A stretch of DNA of 64,000 nucleotides from a bacterium (GTDB lineage Bacteria > Patescibacteriota > Microgenomatia > Daviesbacterales > UBA10151). The notes beneath the pieces were generated by a model that made no database searches, was not told where the DNA came from, and saw only the letters and a list, made by a program, of their open reading frames with translations. Numbering within the stretch: position 1 is the stretch's first letter; every line of letters starts with the position of its first letter. Made by a program: the position numbers and the translations under genes. This document shows, in pieces, positions 55,181 through 64,000 of the stretch. The stretch is from assembly GCA_021786315.1 (NCBI GenBank), contig JAJYNN010000002.1, forward strand, positions 334,997 to 398,996. Reading direction: 5' to 3'.

Positions 55181-57148
55181 ATGGAATATCTTAAAAAAGC
55201 CTACATTTTAATAATTCCACTTTCCCTCTCCTTATTTTTATTTGTAGCCTTTTTCGTTAGCCCGGTAAAAAGTTATGCTTGTACTCCTGGTGAAAGTGAG
55301 GTTTGTCCTAGCATAAAGCAATGTACTAGTGGCCCTCATCAGGGAGAAGCTTGTGCATCCGGGCACAAATATTGTACAAATTTAAACCCTGCAACTGGTG
55401 AATATGATAACGATGTAACACCTTATTGGACCGATTGTGTGCAGGAGGTAGATAATTGTGGTACACAGTGTACTTCGGCTACAGTTTCTCCGACAGGTTC
55501 GACTGGTAATTGTAGCGGTAATGCCAATACTAAATGTGGATCAATCCCTTGGAGCACTGTAAGCTCAGAGCTGAAAAGTGCTGGTTATGGCGGGCCGTTT
55601 GATTGTAGTCAAACAGAGCTGGATAGTTACAATGGGGTTAAGGTTTGTGAAGGAACAAGTCCTACTGGAAGCCAAAATGGTTCGTGCCCTTTGAGCGGAT
55701 ATAGTGTTGATAACGCTTTGGCTACCTGTATTGCGAGTAAGGACAGCAGCCTGCCGGGAAGTATTAAGAAGTTAGGTAGTGACAACGGTCAGGATTGGAG
55801 TGGCTGCTCAAACCAGCAATTAATTGCCAAGTGGTGTACGGATATTAATTCCAGCGGTTGTAACGATTACAAAAACGGTGCTTGCGCTTCCGGGCCGACT
55901 GCCACACCCACTGTGGCGGTTGCAACTACTGAGTACAGAATTTCTGAAACCCGGTTTGGCCGAAGCGACAGTGGAACCGGTTCCCCTCAATGGGTTGCCT
56001 ATAATAGTGATGACGGTTCTGAACCGATAACCGTTCCTTATACTTTTACCAATGGTAATCCCGGTGATACTTTAACCCTTTGGGTGCAATTTAAGGACAA
56101 TAAGGGCGATGTAACTGAGCCTAAACCTTACTCTATTAAATATATCGGCCCTGACCCAAAGATTACCAGCGCTAGTTGTACCTTTGACCCATCCGGCCAG
56201 GGAACCTTGGTAACTTTGACCGGATCTAATTTCAATACCCACGACGAACAAGGCACGGGCGGTGTTAAGATTAACGGCCAGCAGGCGGATATTATCTCTT
56301 GGGGCGAGGATACTCCGGGTATTACTCCTACAGGTGCTGTTTCTCCCACTATGTCGGTTACACCTACAACTTCCGTATCCCCAACTGCCAGGCCGGGTGG
56401 GACTGTCTGTGCCCAGGTTATAACTTCGGCAAAAAATGCTACCGGGACTGAGTGTAAAGATTTTCCAACCCCTTGTGATGTTCCGGCGGGATGGGTGGTT
56501 GTCAACAGCTGTTCGGGCGGCTCAACTGTTTTGGGTGAAAGCGTTACCAGATCAAAGGTTGTGGCTAAAATCAAAGACCAGCTTCCCGGAAATGCCAGGG
56601 TTCCGCTTTTGCTGACCATGGATGACGGCCGGGCTGTCACGGCTACCTGTAGCATAAACACCACCACTGTCTCATTCCAGGCAAAAATTGGCTGCCGCAC
56701 CTCCGGTGACTATGCCGAAAACGGTGTCAACATTAATATCATGGAGGACATCCGTGGCGCTAAACCTTTGGTCAGGCAAAAGGTCAATATTGACGCTGCA
56801 GGAAATCTTCCCTCTGATTTTGCTCCGGTGCTGGAAGTTGGTAAGAAATACAAAATGTTAATTAAAGCCCCCAATACTCCAACCCGCAGAATTGAGTTTA
56901 CCCCCTCACTAGGATCGAATATTTTGTCTGACGTCAGTATGGATGTTGGTGATATTGCCCCGGCTGGACATGCTGACGGTAAGATCAACGCTTTGGATAA
57001 GTCTGAGCTTGCCAGAGAGTTTTCCGCAGGCTGTAGCACCACAACTGCCAAAGCGGGAGACTTTAACCAGGATGGTTGTGTCAATGCCTTGGACTGGTCT
57101 TGTATGAGGGAAAATATTAATAAGGAGGACGAGGACACAATCCAGTAA
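55181..57148 (+). CDS. secreted Cys-rich protein with Pro/Thr linkers and C-terminal dockerin-like module
   Basis: signal peptide; >30 Cys in N-terminal 230 aa; 'GHADGKINALD' and 'DFNQDGCVNALD' Ca-binding loops. Confidence 0.55.
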   Translation: MEYLKKAYILIIPLSLSLFLFVAFFVSPVKSYACTPGESEVCPSIKQCTSGPHQGEACASGHKYCTNLNPATGEYDNDVTPYWTDCVQEVDNCGTQCTSATVSPTGSTGNCSGNANTKCGSIPWSTVSSELKSAGYGGPFDCSQTELDSYNGVKVCEGTSPTGSQNGSCPLSGYSVDNALATCIASKDSSLPGSIKKLGSDNGQDWSGCSNQQLIAKWCTDINSSGCNDYKNGACASGPTATPTVAVATTEYRISETRFGRSDSGTGSPQWVAYNSDDGSEPITVPYTFTNGNPGDTLTLWVQFKDNKGDVTEPKPYSIKYIGPDPKITSASCTFDPSGQGTLVTLTGSNFNTHDEQGTGGVKINGQQADIISWGEDTPGITPTGAVSPTMSVTPTTSVSPTARPGGTVCAQVITSAKNATGTECKDFPTPCDVPAGWVVVNSCSGGSTVLGESVTRSKVVAKIKDQLPGNARVPLLLTMDDGRAVTATCSINTTTVSFQAKIGCRTSGDYAENGVNINIMEDIRGAKPLVRQKVNIDAAGNLPSDFAPVLEVGKKYKMLIKAPNTPTRRIEFTPSLGSNILSDVSMDVGDIAPAGHADGKINALDKSELAREFSAGCSTTTAKAGDFNQDGCVNALDWSCMRENINKEDEDTIQ

Positions 57149-57194
57149 ACCGGGAGTTGTAGACAAGCAATCTTGGTTATGTTTAGATAAATAT

Positions 57195-57803
57195 ATGGAG
57201 CAAACACAGGGAATAATCAGTAAACTAGCTACCAGAAGAAACATTGTTACCGTGATTGTGGTTATTTTGGTGGCTGAGATAGCTTGGGGCGTTTGGACTT
57301 TAACCAAACCCACCAAACAAGGGTCCACCGAGCGGGGTTTGGTGTCTGAAGCCAAAGCCTCTTCTGCCTCCGTCTTTTTACAGACCCCTAAGTCCAGCTA
57401 CACTATTGGGGAAAAAGTGGTTGTAACCATCAGCATCTCCTCTACCCGCCACACCGATGGAACGGATTTAATCATTAAATATGATCCGAAGGTATTGGCG
57501 ATGGATCCTGCTGTAACTAAAGCCCCGGTGGCTGTCGGCAAGATTTATACTGAGTACCCAATAAATACCGTGGATGAAAAAGCCGGGAAAATTACTGTTT
57601 CCGGAATTACTTCTGCTCCGTCCGGAGTAGTCCCGCAAGGGGTTTTTGGAACTGTCACATTCGTGGCTAAAGCTTCCGGAAAAACAAAAATCGCTTTGGA
57701 CTTTACTCCCGGAAGCACCTCAGATTCCAATGTTGTGGAATCAAAAACAGCCCTGGATGTCCTTGATGGGGTGAAAGACGTCGACCTGACAATCGTGCCA
57801 TGA
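57195..57803 (+). CDS. N-terminally membrane-anchored single-cohesin protein
   Basis: TM 'IVTVIVVILVAEIAWGVWTL'; cohesin-like 'GEKVVVTISISS...DLIIKYDPKVL', 'GKITVSGITSAPSGVVPQGVFGTVTFVAKASGKTKIALDF'. Confidence 0.55.
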   Translation: MEQTQGIISKLATRRNIVTVIVVILVAEIAWGVWTLTKPTKQGSTERGLVSEAKASSASVFLQTPKSSYTIGEKVVVTISISSTRHTDGTDLIIKYDPKVLAMDPAVTKAPVAVGKIYTEYPINTVDEKAGKITVSGITSAPSGVVPQGVFGTVTFVAKASGKTKIALDFTPGSTSDSNVVESKTALDVLDGVKDVDLTIVP

Positions 57804-58540
57804 AAAGATTATTGACCCGCTGCCTTTTGTCTGTAGCCGCTTTGGCGACCATATCCTTTTCTGCCGCTCCTGCATTTGCTACCGGAGCGACACTTTCGTT
57901 GTCCCCCAGTACCGGAACCTTTAATAAAGGCTGCGGCTTTACACTTTCAATTAATTTAGACACCGGTGGCGCCCAAACAGACGGCACCGACGCTATTTTA
58001 TTCTATGACCCTACCCGTTTTACCGCTAATGCCATTCACAGCGGAACAATTTATGCAGATTACCCGGGCAATAATATCGATGCCACAAATGGAAAGATTA
58101 CTGTTTCCGGATTGTCTTCTGTAAGCAGCGCTTTTTCAGGGGCAGGGACGTTGGCGACAATAGACTTTGCGGTAGCAGATGATGCTCCGGCCGGCACCAG
58201 CCAGATTAAGTTTGATTTTGACCCCGCTGATAAAACCAAAACTACCGATTCCAATGTTGTGGAAAGAGGGACGGTTACAGATATCTTAAACCAAGTGGTA
58301 GACGGTAACTACACTATTGGTACCGGGGCCTGCGGCACCACCAATTCAGGGACAACAACGACAACTACGAATAATACAGCCACCGGTTCCGGTGTTTGGA
58401 CTAAGACACCTGTTGGCGGGCCTCTCCCGACCAAAACTCCGGTTCTTCCCCAATCCGGGAACATTTCTCCGACGGTTTTAGTGGCCGTCGTTGGCAGCGC
58501 TTTGACTATTTTAGGCATCTTAGGTCTCGCGATACTTTAA
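57800..58540 (+). CDS. secreted single-cohesin protein with Thr-rich stalk and C-terminal LPQSG plus hydrophobic anchor
   Basis: signal peptide; cohesin-like 'GCGFTLSINLD...DAILFYDPTRF', 'GKITVSGLSSVSSAFSGAGTLATIDFAV'; 'LPQSGN' then TM, no basic tail. Confidence 0.55.
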   Translation: MKRLLTRCLLSVAALATISFSAAPAFATGATLSLSPSTGTFNKGCGFTLSINLDTGGAQTDGTDAILFYDPTRFTANAIHSGTIYADYPGNNIDATNGKITVSGLSSVSSAFSGAGTLATIDFAVADDAPAGTSQIKFDFDPADKTKTTDSNVVERGTVTDILNQVVDGNYTIGTGACGTTNSGTTTTTTNNTATGSGVWTKTPVGGPLPTKTPVLPQSGNISPTVLVAVVGSALTILGILGLAIL

Positions 58541-58541
58541 T

Positions 58542-59459
58542 ATGGCTCTCTCTGCTCTTGTCACCGATTTCCTGGAATACCTGGAGGTAGAACGTCATGC
58601 CTCCCAAAAAACGATCGAAAATTACGACCACTACCTTAAAAGGTTTGTCGAGTTTGCCGGGGATATTGATCCGAGGGCAATCAATTTGGCCTTGATCCGT
58701 AAGTTTAGGCTGCACTTAAACCGCTGGATTGATCCTAAAACCAAGAAGCCCTTAAAAAGGGTGACCCAAAATTATTTCATGATTGCTCTCCGGGCATTCT
58801 TAAAATATCTCGCCCGCCAGGACGTAGATACTTTATCTCCGGAAAAGGTGGAGCTGGGAGAAACCGATGCCGCTCCGATCAAAGTTTTGGATGAGGAAGC
58901 CTTAAAGAGACTATTAGAGGCGCCGGATGTTTTGGACAAGTCCGGGCTTCGGGATAAAGCCCTTTTGGAAACGCTGTTTTCTACCGGCCTGCGGGTTTCC
59001 GAGTTGGCTTCTTTAAATAAGGACACTGTAAACCTCGACAGAAAAGAATTTTCAGTGGTCGGGAAAGGTTCCAAGGAACGGATTGTCTTTTTGTCTGACG
59101 ATGCAGCCAAATGGCTTGACCAGTACCTTAAAAGCCGCAAGGACCCCTATAAACCGCTGTTTATCCGCTATCAGGGAGCAGATGACCCGGCGGATAATGG
59201 GGAAAATATGCGGCTTACTTCCCGCTCGATCCAAAGGATTGTGGAAAAATATGTTAAAGGTGTGGGACTTCCGGTAAAAGCCACTCCCCATACTTTGCGC
59301 CATAGCTTTGCTACGGATTTGTTAATCAATGGAGCCGATATCCGTTCGGTGCAGGAAATGCTGGGCCACTCCAACATAGCCACCACCCAAATTTATACCC
59401 ATATCACGAATAAGCACCTCAAGGATGTCCACAAAAGTTTTCATTCTGGAAATAAATAA
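58542..59459 (+). CDS. tyrosine recombinase, XerC/XerD family
   Basis: 'HTLRHSFATDLLINGADIRSVQEMLGHSNIATTQIYTH' (R..HxxR...Y catalytic residues). Confidence 0.85.
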   Translation: MALSALVTDFLEYLEVERHASQKTIENYDHYLKRFVEFAGDIDPRAINLALIRKFRLHLNRWIDPKTKKPLKRVTQNYFMIALRAFLKYLARQDVDTLSPEKVELGETDAAPIKVLDEEALKRLLEAPDVLDKSGLRDKALLETLFSTGLRVSELASLNKDTVNLDRKEFSVVGKGSKERIVFLSDDAAKWLDQYLKSRKDPYKPLFIRYQGADDPADNGENMRLTSRSIQRIVEKYVKGVGLPVKATPHTLRHSFATDLLINGADIRSVQEMLGHSNIATTQIYTHITNKHLKDVHKSFHSGNK

Positions 59460-59489
59460 GGGATATGGTGTATGTAGTAAGGGGTATGG

Positions 59490-59864
59490 ATGGAAAATCA
59501 GAAAATAAAGTCTTTTACTGAGCTTAACGCCTGGCAAGAGGGCCATCAATTAGTTTTAGCAATATATCGTTTAAGTAAATCATTTCCTCAAGAAGAGAAA
59601 TTTGGATTAACAGATCAAATAAGGAGGGCATCTGTTTCTATAACTTCTAACTTAGCCGAGGGTTTTTCGAGATTAGGCAGAAAAGAGAAGTTACAGTTTT
59701 ATCGCATGTCTTTGGGTTCCTTAACTGAATTACAAAATCAACTGATTATTGCAAGGGACTTAGAATACGTGACTTTTGAAGAATTCAGGAAAATAGAAGA
59801 CTTATCTGTGGTAGTTAGTAAATTATTAAATGGTTTACTTAAATCTCTTTCCCGTAATACATAA
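59490..59864 (+). CDS. four-helix-bundle protein (23S rRNA IVS protein family), free-standing
   Basis: 'LNAWQEGHQLVLAIYRLSKSFPQEEKFGLTDQIRRASVSITSNLAEGFSR'. Confidence 0.8.
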   Translation: MENQKIKSFTELNAWQEGHQLVLAIYRLSKSFPQEEKFGLTDQIRRASVSITSNLAEGFSRLGRKEKLQFYRMSLGSLTELQNQLIIARDLEYVTFEEFRKIEDLSVVVSKLLNGLLKSLSRNT

Positions 59865-59867
59865 TAC

Positions 59868-60713
59868 TTACCCCTTACCCCATAAACTTTTCAGTAATTC
59901 CACATTATTCTTATCCGGTCCTTGTCCTGCCTCCCCTGGGATTTCCAGGATAAAGGGTACATTTTGTAGTTTGGGATGGTTTATTAAAGCCCGGAAACCT
60001 TCCAGTCCGATATAACCTTGGCCGATATTCTCGTGCCTGTCTTTTTTGCTTCCCAGCTCTGTTTTGGAATCATTGGCATGGATGGCCACCAATTTTTCTA
60101 CCCCAATTTCCCGGTTTATCACCTCTACCCACTCCTCTACTTTCTCTTTTGTTCTTAAATCATATCCTGAGGCAAAAGCATGCTGGGTATCCAAACAAAC
60201 CTTTAGCCTGGGATTGTTGACTGCCTTGATAATTTGCCCAAGTTCCTCAAGGGTATCCCCTATTAAATTCCCTGCTCCGGCCGAATTTTCCAGGATCAAA
60301 TTAGCCTCACCGGTTTGGCTCAAAATAGCTTTGATGGCTTGGACAACCTGGCCTATTGCCTGCTCCTGGGTAGTGCCTTTATATGACCCAATATGGAAAA
60401 TAGTTCCCCCTATTCCCAACTTTTCCGCCGTCTTTTGGGAATAAATGAGCCAATTGACGGATTTTTGTAGGTGCTCCTGGTTAGGTGTAGCCAAGCTGAC
60501 AAGGTAAACTGCGTGGATAAAGTTAGGGCCGATCCCTGATTCTTGGGCTTTAGCCCGGTATTTTTGAATTTCCTCTTCCGGATGGCTTATTTGAACCCAT
60601 TGCTGAGGCGGGGTGATAAATATTTGGGTGCATTCTGCTCCCAGCTCTTCTGCCCGGTTAAAACTTAGATCCAGTGATCCGGCAGCTGAAACATGAGCAC
60701 CCACCTTTGGCAT
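59868..60713 (-). CDS. nfo: endonuclease IV (AP endonuclease family 2)
   Basis: 'GAHVSAAGSLDLSFNRAEELG', His/Glu metal-site pattern; 281 aa. Confidence 0.9.
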   Translation of the reverse strand: MPKVGAHVSAAGSLDLSFNRAEELGAECTQIFITPPQQWVQISHPEEEIQKYRAKAQESGIGPNFIHAVYLVSLATPNQEHLQKSVNWLIYSQKTAEKLGIGGTIFHIGSYKGTTQEQAIGQVVQAIKAILSQTGEANLILENSAGAGNLIGDTLEELGQIIKAVNNPRLKVCLDTQHAFASGYDLRTKEKVEEWVEVINREIGVEKLVAIHANDSKTELGSKKDRHENIGQGYIGLEGFRALINHPKLQNVPFILEIPGEAGQGPDKNNVELLKSLWGKG

Positions 60714-60919
60714 TAGAGCAAAACTTTTCCTGCCCAGCCGTAGTATTGGAAGTCAGAGATAAATCCCGGAAGCTGGATAGGCCAGGTTAAGACTACTGCA
60801 TAAAATCCGGGGCTGAAGAAGGATAAGCTGGGCCAGTGATAAAAGAAGGCGTAAAGGATGGCAAAAATTAGCCCGATGACAAAGTATATAATGGCAAACG
60901 TTGGCAGTTTTTTTGTCAT
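60713..60919 (-). CDS. small membrane protein
   Basis: 'MTKKLPTFAIIYFVIGLIFAILYAFF'; the ORF track's longer form overlaps gyrA. Confidence 0.3.
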   Translation of the reverse strand: MTKKLPTFAIIYFVIGLIFAILYAFFYHWPSLSFFSPGFYAVVLTWPIQLPGFISDFQYYGWAGKVLL

Positions 60920-60920
60920 T

Positions 60921-63470
60921 TTAATTACTGTCCTCTTTTTCCTTCTCAACCACGGAGGCGGCGACAACCCTTTCGCCATCCCTCACTCTCATCAAGATAA
61001 CACCTTGGGTTTGCCGTTGTAAAGTCGGAACATCTTTGACCATTATCTTAATAAGCTGGCCTTTGTTAGAGGTCATTACCAGTGTACTTCCGTCGGAGCC
61101 GACTATTTGGGCGGTAACGATTGACCCGGTTTTAGAAGTGACTTGGGCAGCTTTGACTCCCATGCCGCCTCTTCCCTGCCTGCTCCAATTGGAGACTAAT
61201 GTCCTTTTGCCTAAGCCGTTGGCCATCACCGCTAAAAGTTGGTCAGATTTGGGGTCGCCGATCTTATTTAAGGAAACTACCTCATCCCCCTTGGAAAGTT
61301 TAATGCCTCTTACCCCCGAAGTATCTCGGTGGGTTGGTCGGACATCTTTTTCGGTGAACCTGATTGATTGTCCTTGCTCTGAAACGATGATTAAATCATC
61401 ATCACCGCTTGTGGGGCAGACCCAGCACAAAGTATCCCCTTTATCCAGGTTGATTGAGATCAGGCCGTTTTTGCGGATCGAAGCATACTCTTCGATGGCG
61501 GTTTTCTTGACGTTGCCTTCCTTGGTGCACATAAAGAGGTATTTGGCGGTTTCCTTTTTCTGCCTGGTGGTCAAAACTGCGGTAATCTTTTCGCCTTGAT
61601 CGATATTAATCAGGTTGACGATGGCTTGGCCTTTGGCAATCCGGGAGGCTTCGGGGATTTCCCAAACTTTGAGCTGGAAAACCCGGCCCCGGTCGGTGAA
61701 AAAGAGGATATTGTCTAAAGTCATGGTGTAAAAGATATGGCTGACTGCATCTTCTTCCTTGGTGGTAATGCCGGAAACACCCTTGCCCCCGCGGTTTTGG
61801 ACCCTAAAGGTTGAAGGAGCTTGTCTTTTGATATAGCCCCCCTCAGTAATGGTGACAATGGTATTCTCATCAGCAATTAAGTCCTCTTCGTTAAACTCCC
61901 CTACTTTCTGCTTGTAGACCCGGGTTTTTCTTTCGTCCCCGTATCTTTCTTTAATTTTTACCAGCTCATCCTTGATAACTTTCAGTATCTTTTCCGGATG
62001 GGCCAATAAGTCCTCAAGGTAAGCAATAGTTTCCCGGACCATCTTTAACTCATCCTCAATTTTTTGCCTTTCCAGGGCAGCCAGACGTCTAAGTTGCATA
62101 TCCAAGATAGCCAGGGATTGAATCTCGCTTAACTTGAATTTAGCCATCAGGTTAGTTTTCGCCTCATCAGCATCCTTACTCTTTTTAATGGTTTCGATCA
62201 CCGCATCGATATTGTCAACGGCGATTTTTAAGCCTTCCAAAATATGTTCCCGGGCCCGGGCTTCTTTAAGCTCAAATTCGGAGCGTCTTCGAATAACGAC
62301 CTGACGGTGGGAGATAAATTCCTCCAGGATGTGCTTTAAGGTGAGAAGTTTTGGTACCCCGTCCACCAAAGCGACCATATTAACATTAAAGACCGATTGC
62401 ATGGCGGTATGCTTATACAAATTATTAAGCAGGGATTGGGGTTTGGCGTCGCGCTTGAGCTCAATGACGATCCGCATTCCCCGTCTGTCGGATTCATCGC
62501 GTAAATCGGCAATTCCTTCTATCTTTTTCTCCTTGTGCAGCTCGGCAATCCGGGTAATTAAGTTAGCTTTATTAACTTGATACGGAATTTCAGTGACGAT
62601 GATATCGAACCGCCCGCTTTTGGTTTCCTCGATCTCGGCCTTGGCCCGCATGACGATTCTCCCCTTGCCGGTAGCGTAAGCGTTCATGATTTCTGATTGG
62701 TCGTAAATAGAACCACCGGTTGGGAAATCCGGGCCTTTGACGAATTGGACAAGTTCTTCGACGGTAGCATCAGAGCTAAATTTTTCAGAGGAATCAGTTT
62801 TTTCTGATTCACTGGTTAACAGATTTTCTGATAGATCCGATTTTCTGGTCTTCTGGTTTTCTGATTTGCTGGGGTGGTCAATCATGTAAATCAACGCACT
62901 GGTTAATTCCCCCAGGTTGTGGGTCGGGATTTGGGTGGCCATGCCGACGGCAATACCGGCGGCGCCGTTAAGAAGCAGGTTAGGGATGACTGAAGGTAAA
63001 AGTGTTGGTTCCTGGGTTGTTCCGGAATAATTATCGATGAAATCAACAGTATCCTTGTGGATATCCCGCAGGAGTTCATCAGCGATGGCGGAAAGCCTGG
63101 CTTCGGTATAACGCATAGCAGCCGGCGGATCGCCGTCTACTGAACCGAAGTTTCCCTGGCCGTCGATTAACATGTAACGCATGGAAAAGTCCTGGGCCAT
63201 CCGGACCATGGCTTCATAAACCGGAACATCGCCGTGGGGGTGGAAATTTTTTAAAACCTCTCCCACAACTGCGGCTGATTTTTGGTAGCGGGCGGTATGG
63301 TGCAGGCCGGATTGCTGCATGGCGTAGATGATTCTCCGCTGCACCGGTTTTAAGCCGTCGCGGACATCAGGAAGGGCCCGGGAAACAATAACCGACATGG
63401 CGTAGTCCAAATAGGACTTCTTCATTTCTTCTACAATTGGGGCTGGTTCTATCTTACCTATATTACTCAT
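60921..63470 (-). CDS. gyrA: DNA gyrase subunit A, with ~40-aa Ser/Glu/Lys-rich insertion
   Basis: '[25 protein letters not shown]', active-site Tyr region, C-terminal beta-pinwheel repeats. Confidence 0.95.
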   Translation of the reverse strand: MSNIGKIEPAPIVEEMKKSYLDYAMSVIVSRALPDVRDGLKPVQRRIIYAMQQSGLHHTARYQKSAAVVGEVLKNFHPHGDVPVYEAMVRMAQDFSMRYMLIDGQGNFGSVDGDPPAAMRYTEARLSAIADELLRDIHKDTVDFIDNYSGTTQEPTLLPSVIPNLLLNGAAGIAVGMATQIPTHNLGELTSALIYMIDHPSKSENQKTRKSDLSENLLTSESEKTDSSEKFSSDATVEELVQFVKGPDFPTGGSIYDQSEIMNAYATGKGRIVMRAKAEIEETKSGRFDIIVTEIPYQVNKANLITRIAELHKEKKIEGIADLRDESDRRGMRIVIELKRDAKPQSLLNNLYKHTAMQSVFNVNMVALVDGVPKLLTLKHILEEFISHRQVVIRRRSEFELKEARAREHILEGLKIAVDNIDAVIETIKKSKDADEAKTNLMAKFKLSEIQSLAILDMQLRRLAALERQKIEDELKMVRETIAYLEDLLAHPEKILKVIKDELVKIKERYGDERKTRVYKQKVGEFNEEDLIADENTIVTITEGGYIKRQAPSTFRVQNRGGKGVSGITTKEEDAVSHIFYTMTLDNILFFTDRGRVFQLKVWEIPEASRIAKGQAIVNLINIDQGEKITAVLTTRQKKETAKYLFMCTKEGNVKKTAIEEYASIRKNGLISINLDKGDTLCWVCPTSGDDDLIIVSEQGQSIRFTEKDVRPTHRDTSGVRGIKLSKGDEVVSLNKIGDPKSDQLLAVMANGLGKRTLVSNWSRQGRGGMGVKAAQVTSKTGSIVTAQIVGSDGSTLVMTSNKGQLIKIMVKDVPTLQRQTQGVILMRVRDGERVVAASVVEKEKEDSN

Positions 63471-63607
63471 AAATTACTCATATCTAGGGGCTACTTTGGT
63501 CATTAAAAATTGCCCTTTTGGGCATACTCATTATGTCATCTTTAAGATAAAATAGCAACCCTTATAAGCTCAATTCTGAGGCTAATTTTAAGGCTAAATG
63601 GGATAAT

Positions 63608-64000
63608 TTATTCGACTTGGGATGGATAGATAACGATGGCTCGGTGAGTCCAGTCTTCATTAAACTTTTCAACTGGAACTGGGTAAGCTTTGCCACCGTT
63701 TCCTTCTGAGTTAACCCAGGGATCATTTAAGATATAGTTTCCATTTTCTTTGCCCTTGATGACTACTAAGTGAGTAGCGGAAGTTTTAGCATAAGTGGGT
63801 CTCATGGAAGCAATAACTGGAATCTCTTGATCGATAAGTTGGTCGATTGCCTCTTTGATCCCCTTTTCCCTGGCTGTTTGGAAAATTTGAGTAAATTTTT
63901 CAATTTCTTCCTGAGTAGCTCCTTCCCTAGCTAAAATTGGACCAACTTTAGCTAAGTCCTCATCTTTTAGGAAATCAAAATTGATCCGAAAGCCGTGAAG
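63608..64000 (-). CDS. hypothetical protein with C39-like papain-fold peptidase C-terminal pattern; 5' end outside window
   Basis: open to the window edge; 'THLVVIKGKENGNYILNDPW' resembles the C39-like 'H.vVv.GYd...y..DP' pattern. Confidence 0.35.
   Translation of the reverse strand, partial: LHGFRINFDFLKDEDLAKVGPILAREGATQEEIEKFTQIFQTAREKGIKEAIDQLIDQEIPVIASMRPTYAKTSATHLVVIKGKENGNYILNDPWVNSEGNGGKAYPVPVEKFNEDWTHRAIVIYPSQVE

Noticed and set aside
60046-61599. Plus-strand ORFs inside nfo and gyrA (60046..60444, 61036..61599)
   Set aside because: They are antisense to strongly conserved genes.
63608-63805. Treating 63608..63805 as a complete 65-aa gene
   Set aside because: The reading frame stays open upstream to the window edge, so it is the 3' part of a longer minus-strand gene (reported as partial).
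1-64000. Alternative genetic code (UGA recoding as in some candidate phyla)
   Set aside because: Conserved genes (ychF, gyrA, dnaB, hisS, efp) are full-length with standard stops, so there is no evidence of in-frame UGA.

Overview
This 64-kb window looks like a compact bacterial chromosome segment with roughly 80 protein genes on both strands, one tRNA and no rRNA. It pairs well-conserved housekeeping genes with a reduced, 'streamlined' character, consistent with (but not proof of) a Candidate Phyla Radiation / Patescibacteria-type organism. The housekeeping genes recognised are coaD, ychF, the rpsF-ssb-rpsR trio, rpmE-prfA-prmC, hisS, dnaB, efp, lgt, yebC, ruvC, nfo, gyrA and an XerC/D-type recombinase. 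The streamlined character rests on three free-standing 'four-helix-bundle' (23S-rRNA-IVS-type) genes, N- and C-terminal extensions or insertions in S18, L31, RF1 and GyrA, and almost no biosynthetic genes. Accessory content includes: (i) a TreT-like trehalose synthase divergently paired with a GH63-like six-hairpin glycosidase; (ii) a type-III P-type ATPase next to a Met/His-rich secreted protein and a signal-less P19/Tpd-like protein; (iii) a short LeuA/homocitrate-synthase-like gene convergent with a fused LeuD-LeuC aconitase-family gene; (iv) a GAF histidine kinase with two paralogous receiver-only response regulators; (v) a cohesin-dockerin ('mini-cellulosome-like') cell-surface gene cluster at 53.4-58.5 kb, made up of a GH5-like enzyme with dockerin, a Cys-rich dockerin protein and two single-cohesin anchored proteins, bracketed by four-helix-bundle genes and a tyrosine recombinase. 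The window is also rich in short dispersed repeats. One family is a degenerate period-8 array with core ATCAGA/ATCGGA; it forms intergenic arrays and inverted ends around a 1.3-kb cassette, and reappears as in-frame low-complexity insertions in prfA and gyrA. A second family is built on AAGAATT/AGATTTAAGAAT. A third is an AT-rich intergenic element (AATTTTCAATT ... ATTGTAAATT ... AAATTGGAAATT), one copy of which sits in-frame inside an RluA-family gene. All calls are from manual reading of the ORF track and DNA; no database search was possible.
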